This document shows, one piece after another, positions 1 to 9,093 of a DNA stretch of 50,377 bases. A model generated the notes under the pieces. It did not search any database. It had not been told where the DNA came from and saw only the letters and a list, made by a program, of their open reading frames with translations. Made by a program: the position numbers and the translations under genes. Position 1 is the first letter of the stretch. Every line of letters starts with the position of its first letter. This DNA is from Myxococcales bacterium (GTDB taxonomy: Bacteria; Myxococcota_A; UBA9042; JABWCM01; BTVJ01), in assembly GCA_045863395.1 (NCBI GenBank), contig BTVJ01000052.1, positions 1 through 50,377 on the forward strand, given 5' to 3'.

Positions 1-154
1 CGTCCTCCGCGCCCCCGCCCGCGTCCCCCGGGCCCCCGCCCGCGTCCCCCGGGCCCCCGCCCGCGTCCCCCGGGCCACCGCCCGCGTCCTCCGGGCCACC
101 GCCCGCGTCCTCCGGGCCACCGCCCGCGTCCTCCGGGCCACCGCCCGCGTCCTC
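1..154 (-). repeat. 21-bp coding tandem repeat, about 7 copies, encoding DAGGGP(E/G)
   Basis: GCGTCC recurs at 21, 42, 63, 84, 105, 126 and 147 (period 21). Confidence 0.95.
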
Positions 155-2569
155 TGCGCAGGCCACGACATACTGGCAGCCGCCCAAGCACAGATCGGTG
201 GTGCATGGGTCGCCGTCGTCGCAGTCCGCATCACTGGTGCACTCTGTGGGGCATTGGTCGTCCGCCCCGTCCGTCAGCCCGTCGCAGTCGTTGTCCTGTC
301 CATCCCAGCACGCCGCTCCCGCCTCCGGCCCCGCCTCGAGCGCCTCGCACTCCTGGGGCTCCCCGCCGAGGCAGGTCGCCGTCGTCGCGCAGGCCCCGAC
401 GCCGCACGCCTCCCCGGCCCAGTCCTCGTCCACGAGCCCGTCGCAGTCGTCGTCCACCCCGTCGCACGTAGCGTCATCATCGGCCAACTGCTGGCACTCG
501 CACCCGGTCGCCGGGTCCCCGTCGGCGTCGAACCACTCGTCGGTGCACACCATGAGGCACCTGCCGCCGACACACGCCCCTTGGGCGTTCGGCCCCACGC
601 AGGCGATGCCGCACCCCCCGCAGTTGTACAGGTCGTCCTGCATGGACGCCGTCTCCACCTCGCAGCCCGTCGCCGGGGTGCCGTCGCAGTCCTCCCAGCC
701 GTCCTCGCACCCCACGACCACGCAGTCCCAGTTCTCGCACCCGGACGCCGCCTGGGGGAGCGCGCACACCACCCCGCAGCCGCCGCAGTTGTCTGGATCC
801 GTCGCCGGGTCCTGGAGCGGGTTCGGGATGAGCGGGCACAGGTCCTCGCAGTCGCCCACCAGGTCACCGTCCGTGTCGGGCACGTCCGGCAGGGTCCCCA
901 TGGCCTCCTCCGCGGCGTCCGGGCACCCGTCTCCGTCCGTGTCACCGTCATAGAGGGTCGTGACCTCGTTGCTCTCCACCACCTTGGTGCTCACGCCAAG
1001 CTGATATGACAGGGATCCCGCGTGGATCCACGCCCCCGGCGCGGGCAGCGACACGGTCAGCGCCAGCGCCTCGCCGTCGCCGACGGCCACGTTCCCGAGC
1101 GCCCACCGCACCGAGTGGGTGGCCTCGCTCCACACCCCGCCGTTGGCCTCCACGAGTGTGACCCCGGCCGGGAGCGTCACCGCGGCCTCCGCCTGGAGCA
1201 GGGGGAGCGGCCCGTAGTTGACCACCCACAGCTCCAGATCCACCACCGGGGTCGTGGTCCAGGCCGGCCCCTGCAGCGTGACCGACACGTTGGGCTGCCC
1301 CTCGGCCACTGCGCAGTCCGCCTCGAACAGGGAGTTCAGGAACAGCCGCGTGCCCTGCGACTTCGGGTTCTTGGAGATGGGCAGCGCAACCTCGTACTTG
1401 TGGCCTCCCAGGTAGCTCACCTTGCCCTTGGTGGTGTTGCAGGGCGTCACGGGAGGAAGCGGCGGCAGATCCCCGGCTCCGGCTCCTGGCGTCACGACGA
1501 CGACGGTGCTCCCCATGGGGCACGCGCCGTCGATGTACCCGGTCATCCACACGTCCCGCTTGCCGACCGGAGTGCCCGCCTCGGTGATCATGACCACGTC
1601 CTTGTCCAGATAGGAGTCTCCGGCCGGAAGCGAGTACGAGGGCTCGCTCCCCCCGACGATCCCGAAGGCGCCGTCCATCTGAGCGTAGGCGTAGTCGTCG
1701 TGCAGGTGCTGGACCTTGGACGGGGTCCCGTCGATCACGTACCCGTTGGGGGTCAGGAAGCGACCGAACTGGTTGTTCTCGATGGCGTTGACCGCCTGGC
1801 ACTCGGCGAACAGGTGGGTCGGGTGCTCCAGGAACGACCGCATCTCGGCGATCACCTCGTCCACGGCGTCCTTGACCCCCCAGTGCATGGTCATGAGCTG
1901 GCAGTAGACCGGGTTGCCCGCGCCGTCGAAGAGCGCCCCGTCCGCGTGGCTGGCCGTCGTCCCTGCCACCTGCGCCACGTTGAGCACGTCGGGCCAGCCG
2001 GCGTAGCTCCCGAGCTTCTTCGCCGGCCACGCCTTGCCGGTGGAGTCGGGGATGCCCGCCGCGTTCAGATACCCGAACGCGATGTCCTCGTTGCCGTCGG
2101 CGAACACCGCGATGCTCGGCGCCGCGATGAGCGCGCGGCGCACGTGGCCTACGAAGGGCTCCGTCGCCACGTGCACCGCCGTCACGTGTGCCGCGAGCCA
2201 CGCGTCGATCAGGGGCGCGGCCTCGCTCGCGTCCGCGGCGGCCACCACGAAGGGCCCGCCTCGGTAGCCGTGGGCCGTGATCGCCTGGCCGCTCTTCCAG
2301 TCGGCGGCGCTGGCCGTGAAGTCCGCGTCTCCCTTGGCCTTGCCTGGGGCGATGACCCAGCTCACGGGGACATTGGCTCGAAGCAGCGTGTAGACGAGCC
2401 CGAAGGCCTTCAGCATCCCATGGTCCTGCCAGGTGGTGTCCATGGGGATGATCAGGGAGCCTGCGTCGAAGGGGGTCTGGGCGCGGGCGGGCGCCGCTCC
2501 GACGAGGCTCAGCAGGACGAGCGCGATCATGCGTCGCGCCCCTCTGGTGAGGCTGCGGTGGTTCGTCAT
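1..2569 (-). CDS. Large secreted Cys-rich surface protein (3' end runs off the window): N-terminal class I glutamine-amidotransferase-like domain, DUF11-like domain, Cys-rich and MopE-like repeats, DAGGGP linker
   Basis: Absent from the ORF track because its stop lies outside the window. Manual translation starts at ATG 2569 (AGGAG RBS upstream): MTNHRSLTRGARRMIALVLLSLVGAAPARAQ signal, then SLIIPMDTTWQDHGMLKAFGLVY, FAECQAVNAIE, DPDNCGGCG, CDGVDDDCDGLVDE, CWDGQDNDCDGLTD. The same frame reads the terminal repeats as D-A-G-G-G-P-(E/G). Confidence 0.85.
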   Translation of the reverse strand, partial: MTNHRSLTRGARRMIALVLLSLVGAAPARAQTPFDAGSLIIPMDTTWQDHGMLKAFGLVYTLLRANVPVSWVIAPGKAKGDADFTASAADWKSGQAITAHGYRGGPFVVAAADASEAAPLIDAWLAAHVTAVHVATEPFVGHVRRALIAAPSIAVFADGNEDIAFGYLNAAGIPDSTGKAWPAKKLGSYAGWPDVLNVAQVAGTTASHADGALFDGAGNPVYCQLMTMHWGVKDAVDEVIAEMRSFLEHPTHLFAECQAVNAIENNQFGRFLTPNGYVIDGTPSKVQHLHDDYAYAQMDGAFGIVGGSEPSYSLPAGDSYLDKDVVMITEAGTPVGKRDVWMTGYIDGACPMGSTVVVVTPGAGAGDLPPLPPVTPCNTTKGKVSYLGGHKYEVALPISKNPKSQGTRLFLNSLFEADCAVAEGQPNVSVTLQGPAWTTTPVVDLELWVVNYGPLPLLQAEAAVTLPAGVTLVEANGGVWSEATHSVRWALGNVAVGDGEALALTVSLPAPGAWIHAGSLSYQLGVSTKVVESNEVTTLYDGDTDGDGCPDAAEEAMGTLPDVPDTDGDLVGDCEDLCPLIPNPLQDPATDPDNCGGCGVVCALPQAASGCENWDCVVVGCEDGWEDCDGTPATGCEVETASMQDDLYNCGGCGIACVGPNAQGACVGGRCLMVCTDEWFDADGDPATGCECQQLADDDATCDGVDDDCDGLVDEDWAGEACGVGACATTATCLGGEPQECEALEAGPEAGAACWDGQDNDCDGLTDGADDQCPTECTSDADCDDGDPCTTDLCLGGCQYVVACAEDAGGGPEDAGGGPEDAGGGPEDAGGGPGDAGGGPGDAGGGPGDAGGGAED

Positions 2570-2753
2570 GTGCAGCTCCTGTGTGGGGGCGCGTCGCGGT
2601 GCGCCACAGAGAGCTTACGACGCGAAGGGCGTCAGGGTGCAACCGCGTCGAGCTCCCGGTCACACCCCGTCGCTGCCCCGCGGCCCCTCCTTCTTGCGTC
2701 CTCGGCGGCTCACCGTGCGGTCCGGCACCCTCCCTACCCCCTCTCCGTAGCGG

Positions 2754-3749
2754 TTACATGCTGCGGACGGCGCGGGGGCGCTCGTCGCGCGATCGGGCGC
2801 GCAGATCATAGGCGCGCTCGGCGTAACCGATGTCGTCGACCCAGAGCCGTCGGGCGACCCGCTCCATGAACCAGCGCACCGCTGGCGCCACCGGGAGCAC
2901 CCGCGCGAAGCCCGCCCTCTCCGACGTGGCCAGGGTCGCCTCCACGATGGCGGTGCGGCCGCTCCCCATGGGGGTCGCGTGGGTCTCCACCACCGATCCG
3001 ACGCCGTCGCCGTCCACGATGGTCATGACGACCGTCCTGGGGTCGGGGCAGTGGAAGGTGCAGTCCACCTCCACGCACACGGGGCCCACGACACGGAACG
3101 ACACGCGCAGCCGCAACACGGTATCGCTGGCCTCCGTGACCACCAGGCGGTCGAAGGCGTACGGGTGGAACCATGCCCCGTGCCATGGATCCAGGCGGTT
3201 GGCGATGACGTCGCGTGGCTCGCAGGCGGCCTCCATGCGGATCACCCCGTCGATGGCCAGGCTCGGCCGCGGCGCGAGGATGGGCGCCTCCGTCGGAGCC
3301 TCTCCGTCGTCGAGGCGGACCCACACCAGCACTCCGTCGTCGTGGGCGACCGTGGGGCGCCAGGTCCCCCGCCCCTCTCTCCCGAGCGCCAGGCCGTGCC
3401 ACGGGCACACGACCCGGCCCTCGCAGACCCTCGCCCCGCCCAGGCGGGCCCCCATGTGGGGGCAGGCGTCCGGGGCGACGAGCACCTCGCCCCGGTCCCT
3501 CCAGAGGACCAGCTCCTGTCCCGCGACGACATAGGATCGCGCGTCCCCTCGGATCGCCCGAGAGGCATCCACCACGTACCACCCGCCGGACGGCAGTCGT
3601 GCGGCGTGTCGCAGGGACCGCTCGATGCGCCAGGGGCTCGCCTGCGCCCAGTCTGGTCCCTCCAGGGCCGCGTGCGCGGGGCCAGCCGGGCGGCGCCCCA
3701 GGAAGAGGCGCTTCTCTCGCGCCGAGACCTCGAACCATGGTGTCTTCAT
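2754..3749 (-). CDS. Rieske [2Fe-2S] / DUF5914 protein (CrtV-like, carotenoid cluster)
   Basis: Start MKTPWF at ATG 3749 overlaps the crtU stop (ATGA). Rieske motifs CPHMGA and CPWHGL; NRLDPWHGAWFHPY; RLWVDDIGYAERAY. Confidence 0.85.
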   Translation of the reverse strand: MKTPWFEVSAREKRLFLGRRPAGPAHAALEGPDWAQASPWRIERSLRHAARLPSGGWYVVDASRAIRGDARSYVVAGQELVLWRDRGEVLVAPDACPHMGARLGGARVCEGRVVCPWHGLALGREGRGTWRPTVAHDDGVLVWVRLDDGEAPTEAPILAPRPSLAIDGVIRMEAACEPRDVIANRLDPWHGAWFHPYAFDRLVVTEASDTVLRLRVSFRVVGPVCVEVDCTFHCPDPRTVVMTIVDGDGVGSVVETHATPMGSGRTAIVEATLATSERAGFARVLPVAPAVRWFMERVARRLWVDDIGYAERAYDLRARSRDERPRAVRSM

Positions 3750-5242
3750 TGAGCGTCTCCGAGATTGATTCCAGCGAGCAGGCCCCGGCTCGGGATGGAT
3801 CGCAGCGCGTGCCCCCGCACGCCCCAGCGCGAGAGCAGGTGGTTTGCGGCCAGGCGGCCCGACGCGACGGCGCCCTCCATGAGCGCGCCGGGGAAGGGCA
3901 GCTTGACGAAGTCGCCTGCGAGGGCGACGCCAGGGATGGGAGTCGCGGGGCCGGGCCGGTGCGCCGCCGCGCCGGGCGCGAAGGAGGGGCAGTCCCGGGC
4001 CATGAGGAGGCGCTCGTCGACCACGCCTGCGCCAGCGAGCTCGGGATAGAGGCGCGTGGCCTGGGCCCACAGGTCGTCGCGAACGGCGCCCGCGCCGACC
4101 CCCTCGGGGACGGCGTAGGCGTGCAGCTCCACCACGGAGCCCCCCGTCCGGGTCGCCCACGTCCGGGCCTCCTCCTGGAAGCGGTCGAAGAGGGAGACGT
4201 TGTCCAGCAGCCCCAGGCCCGCCGTGCCGGCGAAGGGGGCCCGGTCGGGCCGCGCCCTCTTGTCGAGCCACAGGCGCCAGACCGCGAAGGGCAGCGTGAC
4301 CCCCAGCGACGCGATCTGGCGCCGCCAGCCGGTGTGGTCCAGGTCCGGTGAGGCGTCCACGATGGACTGGAGCGCCGGCACCGTCACCGCCAGGACCACG
4401 GCGTCCGCCTCCAGGGCCCCGACCCGCCACCGCGCAGAAGCCCGCTCTACACGGCTCACCCTCTCCCCCAAGCGGACCGCCACGCCCAGGCCACGGAGCA
4501 GCCTCCCGACCGCATCCCACAAGGACGAGAATGGCTGTGGGAGGACGTCGAAGAGGAGCCCCTCCGGGTTGCCCGTGAAGTAGAAGTGGAACATGCGCAG
4601 GAGCTCCGCTGCGCTCATCCCCCCTTCCGGGTTGAAGAAGGAGTGCGCGAAGACCTCGAACAGCATCTGGCGGGCGCGGCGCGGCAGGTGGAGCGCGTCC
4701 AGGTACTCCGTCGCCGTGACGTGGTCCCACGCGCCAGGGGTCCGATCCGGGTCCCAGGCGAGCATCTCCAGAGCGGTCCCCGGGGCTGAGCGGGCGAGAT
4801 CCCGCAGCCCCACGGTGGGCGTCCGCCAGAGCAGCGCCGGGAGGCCGAGCAGCGGGTGCTGCGGGAGCCCGGCGAAGGACTCATGGCCGTCCGGACCGTA
4901 GAGGGGGTAGTCCGCGAGCGGGACCAGGCCCGCCACCCCCGCGCGACGAAGGAAGTCCCGGAGGTTGTAGTACTGGCGGAAGAAGGCGTGGAAGCCCCGC
5001 TCCATGTGGAAGGGCGTCCCGTCGCCGAGCCGGTCGGGCCACGCGCGGACCCGGCCGCCCAGCTCCGCCTTGGCCTCCAGCAGCGTGACCGAGACTCCCC
5101 GCTCCGCCAGCGCAACGGCGGCGGCGCACCCGGCCAGGCCCCCGCCGACGACCACCGCGGACCGGGGCACGGGCACCCGGGGCAGCCCCCCTGGCGCTGG
5201 GTGCAGCTCGGGGCGGAGCAAGAGACGCGTGAGCTTCGTCAT
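3746..5242 (-). CDS. crtU: FAD-dependent carotenoid phi-ring synthase / isorenieratene synthase-like oxidoreductase
   Basis: VVVGGGLAGCAAA FAD-binding motif, ERGFHAFFRQYYNLR, FAHSFFNPE..MSAAELLRMFHFYF, GGSVVELHAYA, ALMEGAVASG. These are typical of actinobacterial CrtU, and the gene is flanked by a methyltransferase and DUF5914. Confidence 0.8.
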   Translation of the reverse strand: MTKLTRLLLRPELHPAPGGLPRVPVPRSAVVVGGGLAGCAAAVALAERGVSVTLLEAKAELGGRVRAWPDRLGDGTPFHMERGFHAFFRQYYNLRDFLRRAGVAGLVPLADYPLYGPDGHESFAGLPQHPLLGLPALLWRTPTVGLRDLARSAPGTALEMLAWDPDRTPGAWDHVTATEYLDALHLPRRARQMLFEVFAHSFFNPEGGMSAAELLRMFHFYFTGNPEGLLFDVLPQPFSSLWDAVGRLLRGLGVAVRLGERVSRVERASARWRVGALEADAVVLAVTVPALQSIVDASPDLDHTGWRRQIASLGVTLPFAVWRLWLDKRARPDRAPFAGTAGLGLLDNVSLFDRFQEEARTWATRTGGSVVELHAYAVPEGVGAGAVRDDLWAQATRLYPELAGAGVVDERLLMARDCPSFAPGAAAHRPGPATPIPGVALAGDFVKLPFPGALMEGAVASGRLAANHLLSRWGVRGHALRSIPSRGLLAGINLGDAQ

Positions 5243-5964
5243 GCCGCCCTCCGCGCCACGAAGGAGTGCACGATGCCTCGCTGCCAGCCGTCCATGGGCA
5301 GCACCTGCAGGTCGGTGAACCCGGCCTGCCGCAGTCGCCGCTCGAAGCCCGCCGCCGAGTCGAAGCGGAGCACGCTCTCTCTCAGGTAGCGCCAGATGTC
5401 CGCCGTCCCGGCCGCGAGCAGACCCGCCGGGATGATGATCGAGCGGGTGACCGCCTCCCACACGAGGCGGGAGCGCACCGACCCGTCCAGCGCGTACTCG
5501 TGGAAGCAGGCGCGACCCCCAGAAGCCAGCACGGCCCGCACGCCGGCGAGCGCCTCGTCCGGGTCGGGCATGTTGCGGATCCCGTAGGCCATCAGCACCC
5601 CGTCGTAGGGGCCCGTGATCCCGGCGTCGTGCAGGCGCATGGCGTCCCCTCGGACGTAGCGCACGCCCGGGCGGGCCCGGCGTCGCCGCGCGATGTCCAG
5701 CATCCCCTCGGAGGCATCCACCGCGTCGATGCTCGCGTGGGGGATGGCCCGCACGAGCGCATCCGTAGACAGGCCCGTCCCGCAGCACAGGTCCAGGACC
5801 CGGGAGCCCGGCGGCAGCCCCAGCCGCTCGGCGCTCCACCGCAGGTGCTTGCGGTAGCCGGGGTTGAGGCCGGTGAGCAGGTCGTAGGAGGAGGCGACCC
5901 GGTCGAAGTCCTCCGGTACGCGCGCCTTGCGCTCGTCGAATGCTTGGGTCATGGGGTCCATCAC
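5239..5964 (-). CDS. Class I SAM-dependent methyltransferase, UbiE/CrtT-like
   Basis: VLDLCCGTGLST motif I; FDRVASSYDLLTGLNPGY; PMDGWQRGIVHSF; its stop overlaps the crtU start. Confidence 0.85.
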   Translation of the reverse strand: MMDPMTQAFDERKARVPEDFDRVASSYDLLTGLNPGYRKHLRWSAERLGLPPGSRVLDLCCGTGLSTDALVRAIPHASIDAVDASEGMLDIARRRRARPGVRYVRGDAMRLHDAGITGPYDGVLMAYGIRNMPDPDEALAGVRAVLASGGRACFHEYALDGSVRSRLVWEAVTRSIIIPAGLLAAGTADIWRYLRESVLRFDSAAGFERRLRQAGFTDLQVLPMDGWQRGIVHSFVARRAA

Positions 5965-6428
5965 GGGATGCGCACGTGGATGAGGATGCGATCGGCCGGG
6001 TGCCGGAAGGCCGCGTCGTCGAAGGAAGGGGGCCCCAGCGTGCGGACGTTGTTCGACGCCCCCACCGCCTCGGTGGGGATGCCGAGGACGTTGGTGTCGA
6101 GCGCGCCGTCGCCGTCCGCGTCGTGCAGCACGGAGACGGCGTAGGTCCCCGGCGGCAGCGCCCGGAAGGTCACGCGCGCCCGCAGCTTCTTCGGCGAGAC
6201 GCGGGTCTTCTGCCCGGCGAGGGCCTTCGTCTGATCGCCGGGGAACCCGTCGGCGCTCTGGAACAGCGCCACGTAGACGACCCCGTCCGCCGAGGGGAAG
6301 CCGTCCATGTTCACGACCAGGTCCCGGGGCTCGTCCGCCATGACGGCCGGGGGCAGCAGGGCCATGGCCAGCAGGGTGAGCAGTCCGACGGTCCAGTCCC
6401 GTCTGGTGCCTCCGGGCCCTCCCATCAC
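5961..6428 (-). CDS. DUF2141 family exported protein
   Basis: Signal peptide, then GTYAVSVLHDADGDGALDTNVLGIPTEAVGASNN and PPSFDDAAF; GTGA overlap with the upstream gene. Confidence 0.85.
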   Translation of the reverse strand: MMGGPGGTRRDWTVGLLTLLAMALLPPAVMADEPRDLVVNMDGFPSADGVVYVALFQSADGFPGDQTKALAGQKTRVSPKKLRARVTFRALPPGTYAVSVLHDADGDGALDTNVLGIPTEAVGASNNVRTLGPPSFDDAAFRHPADRILIHVRIP

Positions 6429-7669
6429 GCGCCCTCCCAGCGGATGCGCCTGGCGCCGAGGAGCCCGAAGGCCAGCCCGAAGGCCACCAGCGCGGCGGCG
6501 GGTCCGAGCGCGGCCTCCAGCCCGAGGCCCCGCCACGTCACCGCGGCGAGGCCCTGGGTCGCCCAGGTCGTGGGCACGACCACGGCCGCGTCCTGCACCC
6601 AGGCCGGCATGAGGAACGTGGGCATGGTCGCGCCTCCCAGGAAGCTCATCACGAGGACCACCAGGGTCCCCATGGTGGTGATCTGCACCGATGTCCGCCC
6701 AAGGCCCGCGAGCAGCAGCGAGAAGCCGGCCACCGTGACCGCCTGCGCCACCAACAGTGCGGCGAAGCCCAGGCGGGACCCCCGGACCTCCAGCCCGAAG
6801 CCGAGCGCCCCCACGGAGAGCACCACCGCCGACACGGCGAGCGCCAGCAGCGCCGTGGAGAGCGCGGCTCCGAGCAGCAGCGCGCGCGTCGGGGCTGCGA
6901 GGCGTAGCCGCAGCGCGGTCCCGCGCTGCCGCTCGTCGAGCAGCCCCTTGGCGCGCTCCAGGGCCAGGAACAGCAGGAACATGGTCAACATTCCAACAAA
7001 GTTATGCGTCCACTGACTGAAACCTTGTGCAATCCCTCTATCACCAGCGACCTCCACGGTCAAGGCCGTCGGGTCGCGGAGGCGCGCGAGGAGCCCGAGC
7101 TGGGCCCCTTCGGCGGTCACCGCCTCGGCGGCGTCCAGGAGGCGGGCGACCGCGGGCGTCGGGTTGGTGGCCCGCACGGCCGAGAGCAGCGCCACCACGT
7201 CGTCGCGTCTGGCGAGGCCGGCGCCCAGCAGGCGCGCCACGGCGCGCGTGATCGAGCCGCGCGCCAGCTCTGCCTCGTAGGGGCGCGACGGGTCGTGGAG
7301 CAGACGCAGCCCGGGCGCATCGGCAGGTGCGGCGAGCCCAGCGAGCCCGAGCAGTCGCCCGGCGCCCGCGGGGACCACCAGCGCGACGGGAGCAGCCCCC
7401 CGGCGGAGGCGATCACGGGCCATCTCCTCCGTGACCTCGTCGACGTGAACCGTCGGATCGGCCCGGAGCGTCGCGACGAGCTCCCGAGCGGCGGCCCCCC
7501 CGTCCTCGTCGACGACGAGCAGATCCAGGCGCCCGGCCTCAGGGGGGCGGAAGAGCACGGAGAAGAGGATCGCCAAGAGGATGGGCGTGACCACGGTCAG
7601 CAGCACCCCGCCCCGATCCGCGAGGAACAGCCGCACGTCCTTCCACACGAGCCACCCGATGCGTCCCAC
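6425..7669 (-). CDS. ABC-2 type transporter permease
   Basis: GTG start 7669 with GGAGG RBS; KDVRLFLADRGGVLL, VVDED, LLDERQRGTALRL, MSFLGGATMPTFLMPAWVQ...PTTWA. Confidence 0.85.
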   Translation of the reverse strand: MGRIGWLVWKDVRLFLADRGGVLLTVVTPILLAILFSVLFRPPEAGRLDLLVVDEDGGAAARELVATLRADPTVHVDEVTEEMARDRLRRGAAPVALVVPAGAGRLLGLAGLAAPADAPGLRLLHDPSRPYEAELARGSITRAVARLLGAGLARRDDVVALLSAVRATNPTPAVARLLDAAEAVTAEGAQLGLLARLRDPTALTVEVAGDRGIAQGFSQWTHNFVGMLTMFLLFLALERAKGLLDERQRGTALRLRLAAPTRALLLGAALSTALLALAVSAVVLSVGALGFGLEVRGSRLGFAALLVAQAVTVAGFSLLLAGLGRTSVQITTMGTLVVLVMSFLGGATMPTFLMPAWVQDAAVVVPTTWATQGLAAVTWRGLGLEAALGPAAALVAFGLAFGLLGARRIRWEGA

Positions 7670-7866
7670 GGCGCCTCCCTCGGCGGCGCGCACTGGCGCC
7701 CCGCGGGAGCATACGGCGTCGGGAGGGCAAAGGGGAACACTGCGCGGTGACCCGAGCCAGGGCGGCTCACCGTCGGCCCTCCAGCCGGGGACCGGGCCTG
7801 TCACCTACGTGCCGCGAATCAGAGCTTGGTGTGGAGATTCACCACGCCCCCGGGGCAGGGCCCCTG

Positions 7867-9027
7867 TCAGTGCTCGACGAGGAAGTTGGCGCGACTCGAG
7901 ACGCGGAGCTGCACGTGGCCCTTGCCCGCGGGGGCCGTCCCGACGCCGGAGCGCTCGATCCACGACGGTGGGCAGTCGTGGGCGACGCAGATCATGTAGG
8001 CCTCCAGGGGCGGGAGCTCCTTCACGATGGCCGGGGGGATCGTGAAGCTCCCCGTGTCTGGCGCATCGCAGACGACCCGCGCGAGATACGGGCAGCCGTG
8101 GCACTGGTTCGGGGCGTTGATCACGATGCGGACCACGTCGCCCGCTCCAGGCTCCCACGTGAGCGTCGCGCCCGTCGTGTCCGAGAGCTTCAGAGTGCCG
8201 TCCGGGATCGACGTGGCCATGGAGGAGACCCCCTGCGCCACGAGCTCGAAGGGCGGAAGATCCGCCCCGGCGGCGGTCGCCGTGACGGTGGTGGTCGCAT
8301 CGAAGAGGTCCGCGGGCAGGATGTCCGTATAGGTGTAGCCGCCCCCGTAGTCCACGAGCTCGATCGAACCCGGCTTGAGGCCCGCGACCACGAGCTTCCC
8401 TGCAGAGGCGCCCGCTGCCCAGTCCTTGCACGTTCCGCCGCTGGAGCAGGCCTGGCCCCACATGCACGGCGGGTCGCAGAAGCCCGGCTCGAAGCGTGAC
8501 ACCACGCACCCGCCCTGCTCCAGCACCGGCTCCAGGAAGCTGAACGGGGCGTCCTCGGTGAACTGTCCGAGGATCGTGCTGTAGGCGGGCACCTCTCCGT
8601 AGGTCCAGGACTGCTCCAGGATCTCCAGGGTCCCGAGCAGCGGTCCCTGGGGCTCCGGGCCGACGTCGGCGTCCTCGCCAGGGCCCCCGGTGTCCACGGG
8701 AGACCCGCCGTCGGCGGTGTCAGCCAGCGCATCCTCGGGAGGGAGCACGTCGGTGGAGCCCGCGTCCCCCGGTCCGGCGTCCAGCCCTGCGTCCCCCGAT
8801 CCCGCGTCCCCCGGCGCGCCGTCCGGGCTCTCTGCCGTATCGCCCAGTGCGTCGCCTGCCCCGGGTCCCGTATCTCCCCCCGCGCCCGTGTCGCTCGGCC
8901 CCGCTGCGTCTCCACCGACTCCTGCGTCGCCGGCACCGCCAGCGTCGCTCGTGGTGCCGTCGTCCGAGGCACAGCCGGCCCAGAGGACGACCACCGCTGC
9001 CATCAACGTCACTCTCCAATCCTTCAT
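7867..9027 (-). CDS. Hypothetical lipoprotein with long D-A-G low-complexity linker and Cys-containing beta domain
   Basis: Lipobox LWAGC; DAG/GD-rich linker; GGAGG RBS; typical GC3 bias. Confidence 0.75.
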   Translation of the reverse strand: MKDWRVTLMAAVVVLWAGCASDDGTTSDAGGAGDAGVGGDAAGPSDTGAGGDTGPGAGDALGDTAESPDGAPGDAGSGDAGLDAGPGDAGSTDVLPPEDALADTADGGSPVDTGGPGEDADVGPEPQGPLLGTLEILEQSWTYGEVPAYSTILGQFTEDAPFSFLEPVLEQGGCVVSRFEPGFCDPPCMWGQACSSGGTCKDWAAGASAGKLVVAGLKPGSIELVDYGGGYTYTDILPADLFDATTTVTATAAGADLPPFELVAQGVSSMATSIPDGTLKLSDTTGATLTWEPGAGDVVRIVINAPNQCHGCPYLARVVCDAPDTGSFTIPPAIVKELPPLEAYMICVAHDCPPSWIERSGVGTAPAGKGHVQLRVSSRANFLVEH

Positions 9028-9093
9028 CTCCGTCACCTCCAGTGGACGGGTGGCCTTGGCAAGATCGGGGCCAACTCGCGCGGTGGATCCTCG

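Noticed and set aside
1..154. Tandem repeats as a CRISPR array (also 41942-42049)
   Set aside because: No spacers, periods are multiples of 3 inside coding linkers, and no cas genes are present.
2636..2645. GGTGCAACCG resembling the 3' end of a c-di-GMP-II riboswitch
   Set aside because: Wrong strand for the downstream gene, and the other conserved elements are absent.
948..2869. ORF-track entries 948..2663 (-) and 1022..2869 (+)
   Set aside because: Arg/Pro-rich shadow frames of the real minus-strand gene that starts at 2569 and runs off the window.
7827..7848. Hairpin GGTGTGG...CCACGCC downstream of the 7867 gene
   Set aside because: Weak stem without a U-tract; not supportable as a terminator.
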